Assembly (NCBI GenBank): GCA_038200085.1
Contig: JBBPYG010000050.1
Location: forward strand, 1 to 60,426
Length of the DNA stretch: 60,426 nt
From: Candidatus Limnocylindria bacterium
GTDB lineage: Bacteria; Chloroflexota; Limnocylindria; P2-11E
Direction of reading: 5' to 3'
Positions within the stretch are counted from its first letter, which is position 1. Each line of letters starts with the position of its first letter. The notes beneath the pieces were generated by a model. That model was given only the letters and a program-made list of their open reading frames with translations, was not told the origin of the DNA and made no database searches. A program made the position numbers and the translations under genes. Shown piece by piece: positions 54,995 to 60,426 of the stretch.

Positions 54995-56098
54995 ATGGGA
55001 CTGCGCTTCTTTCGACGCGTCCGTGTGCTACCCGGGATGACGATCAATCTCAGCAAGTCCGGCGCGTCAATGTCCTTCGGCGTCCGTGGCGCCCACTACA
55101 CGGTTGGCCCGCGCGGCCGGCGCGTCACCGTTGGCCTCCCTGGCACAGGCTTGTACTACACACAGTCAAAGGGCAGCGGGCGAGCGGGATCACGCGCTGT
55201 GGCTTCGGGGCCAGTGATCCGACGGCAGGCGCCAGCTCCGGTGCCGATAACTCCGCCGCCCAATTCTCCGAAAATTCGACCAGAGGGTCGTCTCACCCCG
55301 GGCTTCTTCCAGCGCCTTGTCACGCCGCCGGAAGAGCAGGAGCTTGTGGCAGCATTGCGCGACCTGACTGCAGGTGACGAGGTTCACGCACTGACGCACC
55401 TTCGCGCCGCAGCCCACCTAGCGGATGGAGCATTCCTAGCTGGATTGCTCGCGCTCAAGACGGGCTCGCTGGACGAGGCCCTGGCCGACTTGCAGTTCGC
55501 GCTCGATCACGTCGACAGGCTGGGCCGTGGATTGGAGCGCTATGGGGTCAAGGCGACAGTAAGCCTGCGAATCGCCGAGGGGCTCACGGCGCATTTGCCG
55601 CCCAGCGAAGAAGGTGTACTGCTCGGCCTCGTGGAGGTTTATGAACGCCTGCAACGCTCAGCGGATGCGCGCGACTGCCTGACGAAGCTGCAAACGCGAT
55701 GGCCGGATGATCCGGTCGTGTTGGCCTCCCGGGCGGAGCTGCGACTAGAGGCGGGTGATCGAACGGCTGCTCAGGAGGTCGTAACTATGACCAACGGCGT
55801 TTCGAACTCCACGCCTGTGCATACGGTCGTCTTGCTTTACCGCGCGCGGGCCTTGCGTCTGCTCGGTTTGCCCGATGCCTGCGTCGAAACCACGTCAAAG
55901 GCACTAACGCAGCCCAAGGACAGATCGGACGAACTCCAGCGCGAGCTTCGCTATGAGCGTGCGCTCGCCTATGGCGAGATGGGCGATGCGCGCCGAGCGC
56001 GGACCGAGCTCGAGCGGATTTACGCGGACGACTCGACCTTCGCTGACGTGGCGCGCCGCCTTGGCGTCCCGTCGGGTCAGACAGCGTCCAGCAGCTAG
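54995..56098 (+). CDS. DUF4236-domain protein with TPR-like C-terminal region
   Basis: N-terminus MGLRFFRRVRVLPGMTINLSKSGASMSFGVRGAHYTVGPRGRRVTVGLPGTGLYY matches the DUF4236 pattern. The C-terminal half is helical-repeat-like. Confidence 0.65.
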   Translation: MGLRFFRRVRVLPGMTINLSKSGASMSFGVRGAHYTVGPRGRRVTVGLPGTGLYYTQSKGSGRAGSRAVASGPVIRRQAPAPVPITPPPNSPKIRPEGRLTPGFFQRLVTPPEEQELVAALRDLTAGDEVHALTHLRAAAHLADGAFLAGLLALKTGSLDEALADLQFALDHVDRLGRGLERYGVKATVSLRIAEGLTAHLPPSEEGVLLGLVEVYERLQRSADARDCLTKLQTRWPDDPVVLASRAELRLEAGDRTAAQEVVTMTNGVSNSTPVHTVVLLYRARALRLLGLPDACVETTSKALTQPKDRSDELQRELRYERALAYGEMGDARRARTELERIYADDSTFADVARRLGVPSGQTASSS

Positions 56099-56101
56099 TG
56101 A

Positions 56102-57190
<1,089 letters not shown>

Positions 57191-57241
57191 CTCGAACCAA
57201 TAACGTCACGAGAACGCCGAGCGTTACTTCGGTATTTTCAC

Positions 57242-58054
57242 CTACGAACCGCCACGCTGATGGGCCCACATATCAATTCGCTCCTCCAATCGCTCCAGCC
57301 GTTCGAGGACGGCGTCAAGCCGCTCACTTGACGGATCAACATGACGTTGAGCACGAACGAAGATGGACGCGACCGCGGCAGTGATCAGCGAAAGAAAGGC
57401 GAGTCCGCACAGGGCCACGATCAGCTCAAGGGCGTGCGCCTCCGCAGTGCGGAGCGCCACGCCGCCGTCCCCCATGGCCGTCGCTCGTGCGGTCGCCCAC
57501 CAAAGTGCCGCGCCTGCACTCGGCACCGACTCCGGCTCGATTGCGCGCACGGCCGCGGCTGCTGCGACGACGATGACCGTCATGACGATGCCCGCAGGTC
57601 CGACGATCGAGGCCCGCTTGAACGCTCTGGCCTGGCGGTGCAAGCGTCGTCCCGCGAGGGCCAGTCGGAGGATTCGAAGCGTTCGCAGAACCCGGAGGGC
57701 CTGCCACGCCGCCGGGGCCATCGGCGGCGTCGCGACAACGAGCAAGATGTCGAAGGCGTAGTCGCGAAAGAAACTCCGTCGCGGCCGGAGCGCGAAAATT
57801 CCGATGAGACAAAAGGCGAATCCCAACCAAATGAACCAGTCGAGATATTCAGTCAGCGAGAGCAATGGCGAGTCATCGGCGAGTGCCTCTTCCAGCACGA
57901 TCGTTGGCACAACGAGCAGGGCGAGGGCGGTCATCGCAACGTCAAAACGGGCAATGCCACGAGCATGTTCACCTCCGCTCATTTCGTCGGTTGAATCGGT
58001 CCGCCGCGCAGTGCGCCTGCCCGATGTGATGCGAGCGTCGTCGCCGGCGGTCAT
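57242..58054 (-). CDS. Voltage-gated-type cation channel homolog with a non-canonical pore signature
   Basis: S4-like RVLRTLRILRLALAGRR. The pore region is ALWWATARATAMGDGGV, where K+ channels have TxGYGD. A C-terminal coiled-coil LERLERLEERI is present. Confidence 0.65.
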   Translation of the reverse strand: MTAGDDARITSGRRTARRTDSTDEMSGGEHARGIARFDVAMTALALLVVPTIVLEEALADDSPLLSLTEYLDWFIWLGFAFCLIGIFALRPRRSFFRDYAFDILLVVATPPMAPAAWQALRVLRTLRILRLALAGRRLHRQARAFKRASIVGPAGIVMTVIVVAAAAAVRAIEPESVPSAGAALWWATARATAMGDGGVALRTAEAHALELIVALCGLAFLSLITAAVASIFVRAQRHVDPSSERLDAVLERLERLEERIDMWAHQRGGS

Positions 58055-58294
58055 GCGTCGTTCACCCGGCTGGAAACACGGGCGCCATGGTGTTCGAAAA
58101 CCGCAGCGCGATCATCTCGGACCTCAGGCACTGCTGCGAGCGGCCGCGAGTACAGGCGTACAACGGACGGAACCGCTCCGGACACCTCTAGTGCCGCTCT
58201 TCTGGCGTCCGTGCCAAAGAAACAGCGACGGACCGTGGGTCACTGCTGAGTTCCGAAGCGGCGCCCTTGTGTGCCGAGATCACTCGATCGCGGA

Positions 58295-59734
58295 CTAATG
58301 GGCGTAGAGGGGCCGAAAGACGCCAGCGTGGTAGGAGCAGGCTCCACTTCGTCCGCCCGATAGGCTAAATGCTGTGTCCTGGCACTCTACTACGTAGCCA
58401 ACTCCGTTCCCGAAGCTCGGGATGCAGTTGAAGTAGGAGCAGAAGCCTAATGGCGGGGCGTAGATCAATGTCCCCGCGCAGAAGTTGTATCCCCAAGGGT
58501 TCGCCGGTGCCGTCTGGCAATCGTTCGTCACCGGCGGAGCCGGAGGCGGCGGAGGAGCGGGCGGAGGTGGAAGAGCAGCGGCCGGTGGCGGGATCGGTGG
58601 TGCTGTCCCGTCCGGATTGAGGACCGTGACGAGCCAGAAGACGCCGTAGTCCTCGAGCCACTGCGCTCCCTCGATCAAGGGACGGATGTAGAGGCGGTAG
58701 TAGCCGGGTACGGAGGGCGCCTGGACGGTGAACTGGAACCAGGCGATCTGTCCGGGTCCCACGTAGAAGGTGGGCTGTATCGCGACCCGGTTGTAGCGGG
58801 GCCACCCAGTGTTCGGCGACCCGAGCGCCCCGTCGCCGCCGAGCAGGCTAGGCCGGTCCTGTCCAGGGCTGGGGTTCCATGTGCCGAGGTAGGCGACCTC
58901 CCCGATGCGGCCGTTCACCCAGCCGAACGACCCGGAGTTGTAGTACGCGACCACGGCTCCGGACTGCGCGCCGGGACAGAGCGTCGGATACCCGGACTGG
59001 CCGTACCAAGCGGCGTGGAAGCCCGGAATGCCGGCGAGCGGCTGGGCCGGAGGCGGAATGCCCGGGCCGACACTACCGGTACACGTCGCGGCGGGAGCTG
59101 TTCCGAAAGCGATGTCGAGCAGCGGATGGAGCTCGATTCCGTTCGGCGCCACGCCGGTCTGGCCGTGAAGGAAGTCGAAGAAGCCGACGCCGCGGACGGT
59201 CACTTGCATGTTCGCGCTCTGGAAGGTCGTCGTCGCGCGCAGGACCGCGTCGAACTCGCGCCGGGCGTTGGCGATTCCGGCCAGCAGCGGATCGGTGGAC
59301 GGTACGCACGCCGGGTTGGCGATCTCGGTGATCATCGTCCGGCCAACGGAGTCGGCGATTACGAGGTGGTAGTCGGAATCGTCTTCGAGCTTGTACAGCG
59401 TCAGCGTCGCCGTGATCGAGTAGACGGTCGTTTCGGTCGGGGCGATCCGGTTGTTCGACGGCAGGAACGCTGGCTTGGGGAGACTCGTGAGATAACCGAT
59501 CGTCGTCGGCGTGGTGCTGGAGAGGTTGACTAGACCAACGTCCGCGTCGGTGCCGATCTTCACCGCCTCGCGCTCGATGCCGCAGGTGACCGCAGCGGCC
59601 GGGCTGTTAGCGCCGAAACCTGTGTACGACGCGAGCAGCCCTATAACCATCAGGAACGTCATGGCCGCTCGTAACCCGCGTCGCGTTGTGGGCTGGAGAT
59701 CCACCAATAGATCCTCCTCGCTAGCTCGTCTCAC
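58295..59734 (-). CDS. Secreted multi-domain protein with Pro-rich linker and DUF3761-like Cys-rich C-terminus
   Basis: N-terminal TM/signal (AAMTFLMVIGLLAS), a PPIPPPAAALPPPPAPPPPPAPP linker, and a C-terminal GYVVECQDTAFSLSGGRSGACSYHAGV resembling the DUF3761 pattern. Confidence 0.55.
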   Translation of the reverse strand: MRRASEEDLLVDLQPTTRRGLRAAMTFLMVIGLLASYTGFGANSPAAAVTCGIEREAVKIGTDADVGLVNLSSTTPTTIGYLTSLPKPAFLPSNNRIAPTETTVYSITATLTLYKLEDDSDYHLVIADSVGRTMITEIANPACVPSTDPLLAGIANARREFDAVLRATTTFQSANMQVTVRGVGFFDFLHGQTGVAPNGIELHPLLDIAFGTAPAATCTGSVGPGIPPPAQPLAGIPGFHAAWYGQSGYPTLCPGAQSGAVVAYYNSGSFGWVNGRIGEVAYLGTWNPSPGQDRPSLLGGDGALGSPNTGWPRYNRVAIQPTFYVGPGQIAWFQFTVQAPSVPGYYRLYIRPLIEGAQWLEDYGVFWLVTVLNPDGTAPPIPPPAAALPPPPAPPPPPAPPVTNDCQTAPANPWGYNFCAGTLIYAPPLGFCSYFNCIPSFGNGVGYVVECQDTAFSLSGGRSGACSYHAGVFRPLYAH

Positions 59735-59980
59735 GCGCTGACGACTTCGCCTCGCACTAAATGTGCCCCGGCCCGCTTCAGCGCTTGGGCGTCAGTGCCG
59801 CGATGGGGCTTGGGCGACCGAAGCAACATATCGTCATCTCGCTTGTCGCGGTCAGGCCCGCGAGAACGAAGCGACGGCAAACCCAAGCCTCGCTCGGTGA
59901 GGGCCATACCGAGGTAGGGTGAGCGACTTCGCAGCGGAGGCCAGCCGGGACCCCTGTTGACAGAAATGCGAGCCCCCACC

Positions 59981-60195
59981 GTCGAGCGGGACAGTCGCCT
60001 CGAAGAGACCGGCATCCGGTTCACCGATCCGGAACAGATCCTCGTCCTCATCGAGCGGCTCGCCGCTCGGCCGGCGCATCGACCTCGCAACGCCGATCGT
60101 CGACGCGCGCCTCCCCGACGGCTCCCGCGTCCACGCGGTCATCCCGCCGATCTCGCTGCTCGGGCCGGTCCTCACGATCCGCCGCTTCGCGGGCC
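59981..60195 (+). pseudogene. Internal cpaF-like fragment (codons equivalent to about 89-160), frameshifted, just inside the right TIR
   Basis: Starts with GTCGAGCGGGACAG (12/14 identical to the TSD) and reads [28 protein letters not shown] 5-nt deletion relative to the host copy falls near 60061. In the shifted frame it continues [45 protein letters not shown]. By my count it has 11 mismatches in 136 nt against 60286-60426. Confidence 0.8.
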
Positions 60196-60234
60196 CGATG
60201 GAGGCGTCAGCGCCAGTTCGCCGCGCCGCGTCGC

Positions 60235-60285
60235 TTTCACGGTGTCCGACCTCTTGGCGTTTGCCGACGGCTTAGTAGTTATCCC
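60235..60285. repeat. Right terminal inverted repeat
   Basis: ...TTCACGGGTGTCCGACCTCTTGGCGTTTGCCGACGGCTTAGTAGTTATCCC is the inverted match of 44266-44315. Confidence 0.85.
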
Positions 60286-60299
60286 GTCGAGCGCGACGG
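60286..60299. repeat. Right copy of the 14-bp target-site duplication GTCGAGCGCGACGG
   Basis: Identical to 44252-44265 and directly abuts the TIR terminus. Confidence 0.9.
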
Positions 60300-60426
60300 T
60301 CGCCTGGAAGAGACGGGCATCCGGTTCACCGATCCGGAACAGATACTCGTGCTCATCGAGCGACTCGTCGCGCCGCTCGGCCGGCGCATCGACCTCGCGA
60401 CGCCGCTCGTCGATGCGCGCCTTCCC
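60286..60426 (+). pseudogene. cpaF: cpaF/tadA 3' portion resuming after the casposon (runs off the window end)
   Basis: [47 protein letters not shown] is open to the window end. It is in frame with 43988-44265 once the element and one TSD copy are removed. Confidence 0.8.

Noticed and set aside
59800-59980. Possible extension of the internal cpaF-like fragment to the left of 59981 (EMRAPT vs GMRGVW, and a GLGD match near 59806)
   Set aside because: Nucleotide identity drops to near-random. The GLGD match is 175 nt from VERD instead of the 78 nt in the host gene. An in-frame stop (TAG near 59915) intervenes. The homology therefore effectively starts at the TSD-equivalent position.
60235-60285. 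Right TIR read in the + frame gives [17 protein letters not shown], reminiscent of the (L/F)T-x2-(D/N)L-x2-F segment that follows IRKF in CpaF/TadA ATPases. This suggested the TIR itself might derive from cpaF.
   Set aside because: The spacing from the RRFAGP end of the internal cpaF fragment is about 44 nt instead of about 12, and the frame differs. The host cpaF region needed for comparison lies beyond the window. The similarity is only 5-6 of 12 residues from memory of family consensus. I treat it as possible coincidence, testable once the full cpaF is available.

Overview
This is a very GC-rich bacterial chromosomal window. About 44 kb of tightly packed housekeeping genes is followed by a 16.0-kb mobile element that I read as a casposon, a Cas1-dependent self-synthesizing transposon.

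Housekeeping part (1-44265):
- Pentose-phosphate genes zwf, gnd and tkt, then lemA.
- A Liv-type branched-chain amino-acid ABC transporter, an enoyl-CoA hydratase and a family III CoA-transferase.
- A phosphatidylinositol/PIM lipid operon: arsR, CDP-alcohol phosphatidyltransferase, ino1, two HtrB-like acyltransferases, a PHP phosphoesterase and a pimA-like GT4.
- csoR, rarA and tRNA-Arg(CCG), followed by an orphan ATPase.
- PBP1A, a polyprenyl synthase, ricT-holB, two GT4 glycosyltransferases, an HNH protein and pdxST.
- An R3H ATPase, tmk-darA, a sigma-54-dependent response regulator and murT-gatD.
- A Tad/Flp pilus assembly block (tadE, tadG-like, cpaB-like, tadZ, cpaF).

Casposon (44266-60285):
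- The cpaF ATPase gene is cut cleanly in two at codon 89-93 by the 16,020-bp insertion.
- The insertion has roughly 50-bp imperfect terminal inverted repeats (GGGATAACTACT... / ...AGTAGTTATCCC).
- A perfect 14-bp direct duplication of the target (GTCGAGCGCGACGG) flanks it.
- It encodes a Cas1 homolog with C-terminal zinc ribbon and HTH, and a family B DNA polymerase with all exonuclease and polymerase motifs. In this assembly the polymerase is split into two overlapping ORFs.
- It also encodes an HNH nuclease, HTH proteins and several unknown, envelope or secreted cargo proteins.
- Just inside the right TIR sits a roughly 92% identical, frameshifted copy of the cpaF segment that lies immediately 3' of the integration point.
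- No CRISPR array or cas2 is present.

Limits: all calls come from reading translations and motifs by eye. Start codons are approximate. Many long ORFs in the track are antisense artefacts of high GC content.
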